From positions 1 to 47,126 of the forward strand of contig JBCCIN010000001.1 in the NCBI GenBank assembly GCA_039028235.1: DNA of 47,126 bases, given 5' to 3'. The position numbers were made by a program, and so were the translations under genes. The notes under the pieces were generated by a model. The model was not told the DNA's origin and made no database searches. It saw only the letters and a program-made list of their open reading frames with translations. Each line of letters begins with the position of its first letter. Position 1 is the first letter of the stretch. Below, one piece after another: positions 1 to 7,987 of the stretch. The stretch is from Pseudomonadota bacterium (lineage in GTDB: Bacteria; Pseudomonadota; Alphaproteobacteria; Geminicoccales; Geminicoccaceae).

Positions 1-94
1 CGATCAGCCCGGAAACGAGGAAAGCAGCAGTGAGGTTGAGAAGAGGGATGAGGCCGAGATTGACCCAGGTCGGCAGTTCACCCCGCGCCGCCAT
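1..94 (-). CDS. ABC transporter permease, N-terminal fragment running off the window
   Basis: The minus-strand ATG at 94-92 overlaps the upstream ATPase stop (ATGA). My translation is MAARGELPTWVNLGLIPLLNLTAAFLVSGLI, hydrophobic and typical of a permease N-terminus in a BMP-type ABC operon. Confidence 0.55.
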   Translation of the reverse strand, partial: MAARGELPTWVNLGLIPLLNLTAAFLVSGLI

Positions 95-1659
95 CAGGCC
101 GCCTCATCCGTGACACCGGCCATCAGGAGACCGATCTTGCGCTCATCAGCCTCAGCGGCATCGAGCTCGCCGGTGAAATGGCCGTCGAACATTACCAGGA
201 TGCGATCCGCCAGCGACAGGATCTCGTCCAGCTCGACCGACACCAATAGCACCGCCTTGCCGGCATCACGCATGGCGATCAGGCGTTTGTGGATGAATTC
301 GATCGCCCCGATATCGACGCCGCGGGTCGGCTGCCCGACCACCAGGAGCGCCGGGTCATGCTCCATCTCGCGCGCCAGCACCAGCTTCTGCTGATTACCG
401 CCGGAGAAGGAGGCCGCTTTCAAGTCGGGGTTGTCGGGTCTGACATCGTAGGATGTCATCCACTGCTTGGTAGTCCGGATGATACCAAGCCGTTCGAGAA
501 AGCCGTTCTTGCTGTAGGCTTCCTCTTCCTGATAGCCGAGAATGGCGTTCTCATGGGCGGGAAAACCGCGGATCAGCCCCATGCGCAGCCGATCCTCCGG
601 CACATGCCCCAGCCCCTCCGGGCGGCTACGAGCCGCAGCGGCCAGACTATGGCCGGAGATAGTCACACTGCCCTGCTCGAACGACCGAATGCCGGTGAGT
701 GCTTCGAGAAGGAAGGACTGGCCATTGCCTGCGACACCGGCGATGCCGACGATTTCGCCCGCACGCACATCGAAACTGACACCCTTGACCCTCTGCACGC
801 CTGCCTGGTCGCGAACCGAAAGATCACGCACGGTCAAGATGTCCGCGCCGGGCCGCGCCGGCCCCTTGTCGACGCGGAGGAGGACCTTTCTGCCAACCAT
901 GAGCTCGGCGAGTTCTTCGGTCGAGGTCTCGGATGTCTTCCGATGCGCCACCATCTGGCCCTGGCGCATGATCGAGACATTGTCGGTCGCCGCCATGATC
1001 TCGCGTAGTTTGTGGGTGATCAGGACGACGGTGCGGCCCTGGGCCTTCAGATTGTCCAGAATGCGGAAGAGATCGTCCGCCTCCTGTGGCGTGAGCACCC
1101 CAGTCGGCTCGTCGAGGATGAGAATGCGCGCCCCGCGAAAAAGCGCCTTAAGAATCTCGACCCGCTGCTGCACGCCCACTGGCAGGTCCTGGACCTTGGC
1201 ATCGAGATCCACTTCCAATCCATAGTCCCGCTCAAGCGCGATGATCTCCTGGCGCGCCTTCTCGGTACCGGCCTCCAGCGTAAAGCCGCCTTCGGCGCCA
1301 AGCAGCAGATTTTCCAGCGCGGTGAACGGCTCCACCAGCATGAAATGCTGATGCACCATGCCGATGCCGGCTTCGATTGCATCCTCCGGCGTCCGGATTT
1401 TTTTGGACTCACCGTCGACCAAGATGCTTCCACTATCGGCCTGATAGAAGCCGTAGAGGATATTCATCAGGGTCGATTTGCCGGCGCCGTTCTCGCCGAT
1501 GATCCCGTGGATCGAGCCTTGGGGGATGGCGAGATCGATGTCCCGATTCGCGTGAACCGGCCCAAAGCTCTTGTTCACCCCCTTTAACTCAATAGCGGGC
1601 GGGGCAGCAGCGCTGCCGGGCTTGATTTGATCTCGCCCGGCTGGTGCAGCATCCGTCAT
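94..1659 (-). CDS. ABC transporter ATP-binding protein with two fused ATPase cassettes (BMP/nucleoside-sugar importer type)
   Basis: 521 aa. Walker A GENGAGKST, Walker B ILILDEPT, second-cassette signature SGGNQQK and LLVVGQPTRGVDIG. Operon position is downstream of the BMP binding protein. Confidence 0.9.
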   Translation of the reverse strand: MTDAAPAGRDQIKPGSAAAPPAIELKGVNKSFGPVHANRDIDLAIPQGSIHGIIGENGAGKSTLMNILYGFYQADSGSILVDGESKKIRTPEDAIEAGIGMVHQHFMLVEPFTALENLLLGAEGGFTLEAGTEKARQEIIALERDYGLEVDLDAKVQDLPVGVQQRVEILKALFRGARILILDEPTGVLTPQEADDLFRILDNLKAQGRTVVLITHKLREIMAATDNVSIMRQGQMVAHRKTSETSTEELAELMVGRKVLLRVDKGPARPGADILTVRDLSVRDQAGVQRVKGVSFDVRAGEIVGIAGVAGNGQSFLLEALTGIRSFEQGSVTISGHSLAAAARSRPEGLGHVPEDRLRMGLIRGFPAHENAILGYQEEEAYSKNGFLERLGIIRTTKQWMTSYDVRPDNPDLKAASFSGGNQQKLVLAREMEHDPALLVVGQPTRGVDIGAIEFIHKRLIAMRDAGKAVLLVSVELDEILSLADRILVMFDGHFTGELDAAEADERKIGLLMAGVTDEAA

Positions 1660-1683
1660 AGTCGGGCCGGCCCGCCTCGGACC

Positions 1684-2673
1684 CTATTGGGTGGAGTAGT
1701 AGTCGGTAACCTTCAGCTCACCGGCCACGATCTTGGCCTTGGCGTCTTCGAGCTGGGCTTTCATGTCATCGCTGATCAATGCGCCATTGTGCTCGTCGAG
1801 CGCGTAGCCCACACCTTCCTCGGCAAGTCCGAGGCTCTGAGCGCCTGCTTCCCAGCTTCCGTCCTGGGCACCCTTGAAGGCGTTGTAGACGGCGACATCG
1901 ACACGCTTCAGCATCGAGGTCAGCACGCTGCCCGGATGCAGGTAATTCTGGTTGCTGTCGACGCCGATCGAAAGCTTGCCGCTGTCGGCTGCGGTCTGCA
2001 GCACGCCGAGCCCGGTGCCGCCAGCAGCGGCGTAGACGACGTCGGCACCCCGGTCGAACTGGCTTTGCGCGAGCTCGGCCCCCTTGGCCGGATCGTTCCA
2101 GGCAGCGGGCGTGGTGCCAGTCATGTTGACGAAGACTTCGGCGCCCTCATTCACATATTTCACACCCTGCTGGTACCCATGGGCGAAGTTTCTGATCAGC
2201 GGGATGTCCATCCCCCCGACGAAGCCGACCTTGCCGGTCTCCGAAGCCAAGGCCGCGGCCATGCCGACAAGGAAGGAACCCTCATGCTCTTTGAACACCA
2301 CGGACTGCACATTGTCCTTCTCGACCACTGAATCGATGATGGTGAACTGGGTGTCCGGGAATTCATCGGCGATGGTGTCGAGCGGCGTCGAATAGGAGAA
2401 ACCGACGGCAACGACAATGGTCGCCCCGCGGCGCGCCATGCGTCGAAGCGCCTGATCACGCTGGCTTTCGTTTGTGACCTCGAACTCCATATACTCGACG
2501 CCGGATTCCTCCTTGAAGCGCTCCGCCCCGTTATAGGCGGCCTCGTTGAAGGATTTGTCGAACTTGCCGCCAAGGTCGTAGATGATCGCCGGCTGGAAGT
2601 CCTGCGCCTGCGATGCGCCTGCACCGATTGCCAATGCCGCAGCGGCCATGGCGCCGAGAAGTGCCTTTTTCAT
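1684..2673 (-). CDS. BMP-family (Med/PnrA-like) ABC substrate-binding protein
   Basis: 329 aa with N-terminal signal peptide MKKALLGAMAAAALAIGAGASQA. The body is BMP-like (DKSFNEAAYNG, GFVGGMDIPLI). Sits 24 nt upstream of the ABC ATPase. Confidence 0.85.
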   Translation of the reverse strand: MKKALLGAMAAAALAIGAGASQAQDFQPAIIYDLGGKFDKSFNEAAYNGAERFKEESGVEYMEFEVTNESQRDQALRRMARRGATIVVAVGFSYSTPLDTIADEFPDTQFTIIDSVVEKDNVQSVVFKEHEGSFLVGMAAALASETGKVGFVGGMDIPLIRNFAHGYQQGVKYVNEGAEVFVNMTGTTPAAWNDPAKGAELAQSQFDRGADVVYAAAGGTGLGVLQTAADSGKLSIGVDSNQNYLHPGSVLTSMLKRVDVAVYNAFKGAQDGSWEAGAQSLGLAEEGVGYALDEHNGALISDDMKAQLEDAKAKIVAGELKVTDYYSTQ

Positions 2674-2823
2674 CCCTGTCTCCTAGAAAGAAGCTTCTGC
2701 CGATCAGCCTAGGCGACACGCATCGAAATGCAACAGGAACGCGTGGAAAATCAACGGGATTGCCGCGATCGGTCGTGACAGCTATGGATCGAAACAAGTT
2801 TCAAGTCATCGGAAGGGACAATC

Positions 2824-3069
2824 ATGGCCGAGCAACTGCTCCATCTGGTCTTCGGCGGCGAGCTGACCGAACTGGACGGTGTCGAGTTCAAGGACACCGA
2901 AAAACTGGATGTCGTCGGCATCTATCCGAACTACAAGGAGGCCGCCGAGGCGTGGCGTGGGGCGGCGCAGCGCACGGTGGACAATGCCCATATGCGCTAT
3001 TTCGTCGTCCATCTGCACCGCCTGCTCGATCCCGATCACGACGATGAGCCGACGGCTGCTGACGACTGA
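2824..3069 (+). CDS. small conserved alphaproteobacterial protein (DUF4170-like)
   Basis: 81 aa. SD GGAAGGGA precedes the ATG. The sequence LVFGGEL...VGIYPNYKEA...RYFVVHLHRLL resembles what I recall of the DUF4170 family. Confidence 0.6.
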   Translation: MAEQLLHLVFGGELTELDGVEFKDTEKLDVVGIYPNYKEAAEAWRGAAQRTVDNAHMRYFVVHLHRLLDPDHDDEPTAADD

Positions 3070-3101
3070 AGCGATCAAAACCGCCATTCAGGAAGGCCGA
3101 T

Positions 3102-3308
3102 ATGACGACGCTGTCGACGGACACGCTGAAGCAGGAAGTGAAAGCCGTTTTCGGACAAACACTCACCGACGAACGGATCGAAGCGGGCAAAGGCCGTCTG
3201 CCGACCATGCTCGACAATGCTCGCCTGCTAAGCGGCTGGGCCGGCAGGCTGGGCGAGACAGGGCCGGCCCAGGTGCAGCGGCCGATCGAGACGCCGTCCG
3301 ATGGCTGA
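3102..3308 (+). CDS. AtzG-like / GatC-like small partner protein of the downstream amidase (DUF4089-type)
   Basis: 68 aa. SD AGGAAGG precedes the ATG. The stop overlaps the amidase start by 8 nt (ATGGCTGA at 3301-3308). Size and position match AtzG-like proteins. Confidence 0.5.
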   Translation: MTTLSTDTLKQEVKAVFGQTLTDERIEAGKGRLPTMLDNARLLSGWAGRLGETGPAQVQRPIETPSDG

Positions 3309-4695
3309 CGACGACCTCGCCTTCACCACCATCTCGGACCTGGCCCCGGACCTGAAGTCAAAAAAGATCTCGCCGGTGGAGCTGACCGAACGCGCGCTCG
3401 CCCGGATCGAGCGCCATGACGGCCTGCTGAACAGCTTCATCACCCCGATGGCGGACAGTGCCAGGGCGGAAGCGAAGGCAGCGGAGACAGCCATCACCGC
3501 TGGGAATTATCTCGGACCGCTGCACGGCATCCCCGTCGCGGTCAAAGACCTCTATGCGACCAAAGGCACGCGCACCACGTTCGGCTCGCTCCTGTTCGCC
3601 GATTGGGTACCGGATCACGACGCCGCCCTGGTCGAGCGACTGAAGGCAGCGGGCGCCGTCATCATAGGCAAGACCAACCTCCACGAACTCGCCTACGGCA
3701 CCACCTCGGCCAATCAGCATTTCGGCCAGGTCTACAATCCGTGGAAGGAGGGCTATCACCCCGGCGGCTCCAGCGGTGGATCGGCATCCGCCCTCGCCGC
3801 CGGCTTCTGCTGGATGGCGCTCGGCAGCGACACGGGCGCTTCGATCCGCCAGCCCGCCGCCTGCTGCGGCGTGGTCGGCATCAAGCCGACCTTCGGGCGC
3901 GTCTCCAAACATGGCTGCCTGCCGCTCGCCTGGTCGATGGACCATGCCGGCCCGCTGACCAGGGGCGTCAGGGATGCTGCCCTAACCTTGAACCTGCTCG
4001 CCGGCCATGACCCACGCGATCCCTGCTCGATCGATCGTCCCGTGCCGGACTTCACCGCCGGCTTTGATCAAGGCATCGCCGGCAAGCGCATCGCCATCGT
4101 CCGAACATTCTGCATGGAGGAGGGCGACCCCGAGGTCATGGCGGCGGTCGAGGCGACCCTGCCGGTGCTCGATGATCTGGGGGCGGTGATCGAAGAGATC
4201 GAGCTTCCCTATCTCGAGGACGCGTTCAAGGCGGGCACGCTCACCATCACCTGCGAAGGGGCGACCTATCATGCCGATCACCTAAAGACCCGGCCCGACG
4301 CGTTCAGCCCGCAATGCCGCGCCGACCTGGAGCTCGGCCAGCTCTACAAGGCGACCGACTACATCCAGGCACAGCGCCTGCGCCGCCACCTGATGGAGGA
4401 GACGGCCAAGGTCATGGCTCCGTTCGACGCCCTCCTCATGCCCACCTGCCCGATCACCGCAACCCCAGCCGAAGGCAACCCGCCGAACCACCCCGTCTAC
4501 CGCGTGCGCAACACCATCCCCTTCAATTTCCTGAGCCTGCCCGCGATCTCCATCCCCTGCGGCTTTTCCACCGAAGGCCTGCCCATCGGCCTCCAGATCG
4601 TCGGCAAAGCCTTCGACGAAGCTGGTATTCTCCAAATTGCCCACGCCTACGAGCAGGCGACCGACTGGGATGCGCGGCATCCAGCGTTGACCTAG
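3301..4695 (+). CDS. amidase-signature family amidohydrolase (AtzE-like)
   Basis: 464 aa. Contains the amidase signature GGSSGGSA, GSDTGASIRQPA and the catalytic-Lys context VAVKDLY. Confidence 0.9.
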   Translation: MADDDLAFTTISDLAPDLKSKKISPVELTERALARIERHDGLLNSFITPMADSARAEAKAAETAITAGNYLGPLHGIPVAVKDLYATKGTRTTFGSLLFADWVPDHDAALVERLKAAGAVIIGKTNLHELAYGTTSANQHFGQVYNPWKEGYHPGGSSGGSASALAAGFCWMALGSDTGASIRQPAACCGVVGIKPTFGRVSKHGCLPLAWSMDHAGPLTRGVRDAALTLNLLAGHDPRDPCSIDRPVPDFTAGFDQGIAGKRIAIVRTFCMEEGDPEVMAAVEATLPVLDDLGAVIEEIELPYLEDAFKAGTLTITCEGATYHADHLKTRPDAFSPQCRADLELGQLYKATDYIQAQRLRRHLMEETAKVMAPFDALLMPTCPITATPAEGNPPNHPVYRVRNTIPFNFLSLPAISIPCGFSTEGLPIGLQIVGKAFDEAGILQIAHAYEQATDWDARHPALT

Positions 4696-4999
4696 GTCTT
4701 AGACATCTGCAAACGGCTGAATACGCTCCGGAAGAAGACGTGCAGGAAGAGCGGCCAAGAGCTTATCGTGACCCACACTCGTCACAATGTGGAGGACAGC
4801 TGGCGGCTGGAATGAGCACAACGCAGACACTCAGGCCCTGATCAAGCGCTGCCATGTAACGAGTGACCGTTCCGAACCCTTGTTCTCAGTTCAACGCCCT
4901 TTGCAGCGTGAACCGTCGCCACTTCATGATATCCGATGCTTGAAGGACATTAGACGGGCTGCAAAGATCGATGCTGACCAAGCAAGGGAGATTGCGTCG

Positions 5000-5374
5000 A
5001 TGCTGAGAAGCTACGTACTGGCCGCTTTGACGTTGATGTGGGGTTTGGCCGCGTGGGCAGACAGTCATGCTAAGGACGCCACGACGGCCGAAGACGCCGA
5101 TATGAACACGATGGCGCAGGAGGTCGACCTGGAAGCGGCCGAGAAGATCTTCAAGAAGTCCTGTCGGGCCTGCCACGGCAACAAAGGACAAGGCGCTGCC
5201 AGCTATCCCAAGATCTCCGACAAAGAGCCCGAACACATTACGGAAATGCTTGAGCGCTATCGGTCCGGCGAGAAGATCGGACCCAACTCGATCCTGATGA
5301 TCCAGCACGCCAAGAAGCTGTCCGACGAGGACATCGCCAACCTCTCGGTCTACGTTGCGACAGCTTTCGATTGA
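5000..5374 (+). CDS. class I c-type cytochrome, secreted
   Basis: I trimmed the track ORF 4787-5374 to the ATG at 5000, which follows SD AAGGGAG. Signal peptide MLRSYVLAALTLMWGLAAWA. Single haem motif CRACH. Confidence 0.8.
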   Translation: MLRSYVLAALTLMWGLAAWADSHAKDATTAEDADMNTMAQEVDLEAAEKIFKKSCRACHGNKGQGAASYPKISDKEPEHITEMLERYRSGEKIGPNSILMIQHAKKLSDEDIANLSVYVATAFD

Positions 5375-5544
5375 TCCCGCGAACGAACGATCACGAAAAC
5401 CCACAACACCGGGCTGATCCTAGACGGGAATCGCGTTGACCGGTCTTGGACACCGGATTACCGTGAAATTCGTTGCCAGACCGGTCGAGCAAGGGTGAAG
5501 AACACCTCCCGGTTGGCGGAAAACAAAACCGATGAGGGGATACT

Positions 5545-6837
5545 ATGTTTCGCTTAACGACTCGTTCGAAGCTGCCGATCGCTGCATCACTTCTTGCCGG
5601 AACGGCGATAGTGTCTTCGCCGGCGCTTGCCCAGAGCGGCATGAACACCACCAGCCTCGAGTCCGAGGCCGTCCTCGAAGGATTGGAAAACCCCTGGGAC
5701 ATGGCTTTCCTCGACGACGGCACGATGCTGTTCACAGAAAAGTGCAAGGGTCTTTCGGTGCGCATGCCTGATGGAACCGTCAACGCTCTTTATGGTGTCG
5801 GTGAAACCGAGGGCTATGCGTCGAGCGGCTCGGATCTTTTCTGCGAAGGTCAGGCTGGCATGATGGGTGTCGCGTTCGATCCCGGCTTCGCCGACAATCG
5901 GCGCATCTACGTCTATTCAACATCGAACATGTCGGACCCGCATACGAACCGGCTGATGCGGTTCACGCTTAGCGAGGATTTCACCGGCGTCTCTGATCGC
6001 ACCGACATCGTCGATGACGTGCCCTACAAGATGGCGGCGTCCGACCATCCGTTCGGCGGGCCCGGCGCTCATAATGGCGGGCGGGTGCGCTTCGGTCCGG
6101 AAGGTGCTCTTTGGCTGACCACCGGCGACACCCATAATGGCGAGGTGCCGCAAAGCCCGACGATGATGGGCTCCAAGGTGATCCGGATCGACACCGACGG
6201 CAACGCGCATCCCGACAACAATCCGCCCGAGGGCTTCGATCAGCGGACCTATACCTACGGGCATCGGAACGTTCAGGGCATCGCCTTCCATCCCGAGACC
6301 GGCCAGGCGATCGCCGCAGAACACGGGCCGTGGCATTCGGATGAGATCACGATCCTCGAGAATGGCGGCAATGCCGGCTGGGATCCGCGGCCGAATATGG
6401 CCGGGCGTGAAGGCTGTCCTGGCGACTATTGCGGTTACAGCCCGAATCAGGAAGAGGGCATGAACCGTTACGAGCGTGCGGCCTACATGCCAATGACGGA
6501 TTTCGACACCTATCCCGATGCCATGGCGCCGATCTGGAACAACAATGGATGGTCGCAGGGCACGTCGTCGGCAGCGTTCCTCGAGGGCGAAGCCTGGGGC
6601 GATTGGGATGGTGCGATGGTCGTCGGCATCATGGGGATCGGCTTCGGCGGGACACCGATCGGTCAGCGCATCGACGTCATCCACTTCAATGAGGACAACA
6701 CCGACCTCGAAGACGTCACGGAGATGACCTTGCCGATGGAGCCCGGGCGGTTCCGCTCGGTCGTCATGGGGCCGGATGGAAGCCTCTACACGGCCATCGA
6801 CGAGGGCACGATCTACAAGCTGACACCTGGCGGCTGA
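5545..6837 (+). CDS. PQQ-dependent soluble sugar (glucose/sorbosone) dehydrogenase, beta-propeller
   Basis: 430 aa. SD GAGGGG. Signal peptide ends ALAQS. Family-type motifs GHRNVQGIAFHP, DEITILENGGNAGW and PWDMAFL. Confidence 0.8.
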   Translation: MFRLTTRSKLPIAASLLAGTAIVSSPALAQSGMNTTSLESEAVLEGLENPWDMAFLDDGTMLFTEKCKGLSVRMPDGTVNALYGVGETEGYASSGSDLFCEGQAGMMGVAFDPGFADNRRIYVYSTSNMSDPHTNRLMRFTLSEDFTGVSDRTDIVDDVPYKMAASDHPFGGPGAHNGGRVRFGPEGALWLTTGDTHNGEVPQSPTMMGSKVIRIDTDGNAHPDNNPPEGFDQRTYTYGHRNVQGIAFHPETGQAIAAEHGPWHSDEITILENGGNAGWDPRPNMAGREGCPGDYCGYSPNQEEGMNRYERAAYMPMTDFDTYPDAMAPIWNNNGWSQGTSSAAFLEGEAWGDWDGAMVVGIMGIGFGGTPIGQRIDVIHFNEDNTDLEDVTEMTLPMEPGRFRSVVMGPDGSLYTAIDEGTIYKLTPGG

Positions 6838-6843
6838 TCCGCT

Positions 6844-7230
6844 CTACTCTCCGAAGACCAGCGTTTCAGGAAGTTCGAAGCGCTGGTCATCGACCCTGAC
6901 GTTGAAAAAGCCGCCGTCCAGGCGCCAGTCGGTATCCGTACCGACTCCCGACATTGTGGCGTTGCCGCGAAGGAATTTCCCGTCAGAGAACGTCAGTGTC
7001 CGCGAAAAGCCATTCGGGAAAGTCACGACGACGGCGGCTGATCCGCTGGCGCGTGCAACCTTCGCACCGCATGTGCCCAGCGACTGCCCTACCTCCTGCG
7101 CGCAGCGGACCTCGCCCGCTGCCTCGAATTCACCCGACTTTGCATGCTTGGCTGCCGCCGATACGTCGGCTCCGGCAGCGCTCGGCAAAGCCGCAATGAA
7201 GATCAATACAAGCGGTGCCGCATTACGCAT
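6844..7230 (-). CDS. secreted hypothetical protein
   Basis: 128 aa with signal peptide MRNAAPLVLIFIAALPSAAGA. Codon usage matches the genome. I recognise no family. Confidence 0.6.
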   Translation of the reverse strand: MRNAAPLVLIFIAALPSAAGADVSAAAKHAKSGEFEAAGEVRCAQEVGQSLGTCGAKVARASGSAAVVVTFPNGFSRTLTFSDGKFLRGNATMSGVGTDTDWRLDGGFFNVRVDDQRFELPETLVFGE

Positions 7231-7391
7231 CGCTTCACTCCTCGGTTAACTTCGCCATGATCGCCGCATATCGATCTTGCGGCAAGAACGTGGACCAGCG
7301 CCTAACGACCGTCGGGTCCCGTTATGCAGGCCCAAAAAATGGCCGGACCAAATGTCCGCTTGCTCCGCATACCTGCCGTTCGGGTGTTCCT

Positions 7392-7426
7392 GCCGGGGGC
7401 ATGCGTTGGCATACCCTGCCCCCGGC
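7392..7426. repeat. perfect 10-bp GC-rich inverted repeat (GCCGGGGGCA / TGCCCCCGGC) with a 15-nt loop, intergenic
   Basis: Read directly: 7392-7401 is the exact reverse complement of 7417-7426. No U-tract follows on either strand. Confidence 0.7.
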
Positions 7427-7490
7427 CTTAAGTCTGCCTACCAGCGCTTAGCTGCCATGCAGGAGATCAGCCTTTCGCACAGGCGCACTC

Positions 7491-7946
7491 TCACCTGCCG
7501 GTACGTTTGACCGCCTGAATGGCGGTGTCGAGCGCCTGGAGAAAGCGCGAGCGATCCTGTTTCGTGAAAGCGCTGCCGCCACCCCGGATCTCGCCGGTTT
7601 CGCGAAGCTCGGTCATCAGGTTGCGTGTGGCGAGCACGTCGCCGATGCTGTCCTCGGTGAAGGGCCTGCCGGTTGGACCGATCGCCCGCGCCCCATTCTT
7701 GATGCAGCGTGCCGCCAGCGGGATGTCTGCGGTGATGACGATATCACCCACGCTGGCGCGTTCAGCGATCCAATCATCCGCGACGTCCAGCCCGTCGTCC
7801 ACAGTCACCAGCCTGATGCGCGGATCATCGGGCACACGCATCCAGTTATTGGCGACGACAAGGACCTGGAGGCCATAGCGTTCGGCCACACGGTAGATCT
7901 CGGCTTTGACCGGGCAGGCATCGGCGTCGACATAGAGGTCGAGCAT
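7491..7946 (-). CDS. YaiI/YqxD family protein (UPF0178/DUF188)
   Basis: 151 aa. The N-terminus MLDLYVDADACPVK is characteristic of the family. Confidence 0.8.
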   Translation of the reverse strand: MLDLYVDADACPVKAEIYRVAERYGLQVLVVANNWMRVPDDPRIRLVTVDDGLDVADDWIAERASVGDIVITADIPLAARCIKNGARAIGPTGRPFTEDSIGDVLATRNLMTELRETGEIRGGGSAFTKQDRSRFLQALDTAIQAVKRTGR

Positions 7947-7987
7947 CGGGGGTCTCTCTCAACAGGCGGGCGGGGCTATTCGCTTGG

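Noticed and set aside
4787-4999. N-terminal extensions in the ORF track: cytochrome c from 4787, ECF sigma from 9995, SixA-like from 14024, sdaA from 19492, coaBC from 31495, ubiB from 33297, ubiE from 33944 and mutM from 33905.
   Set aside because: The extensions are Arg/Pro-rich and overlap neighbouring genes or promoters. They precede internal starts that have SD sequences and canonical family N-termini (for example MPELPEVET and [19 protein letters not shown]).
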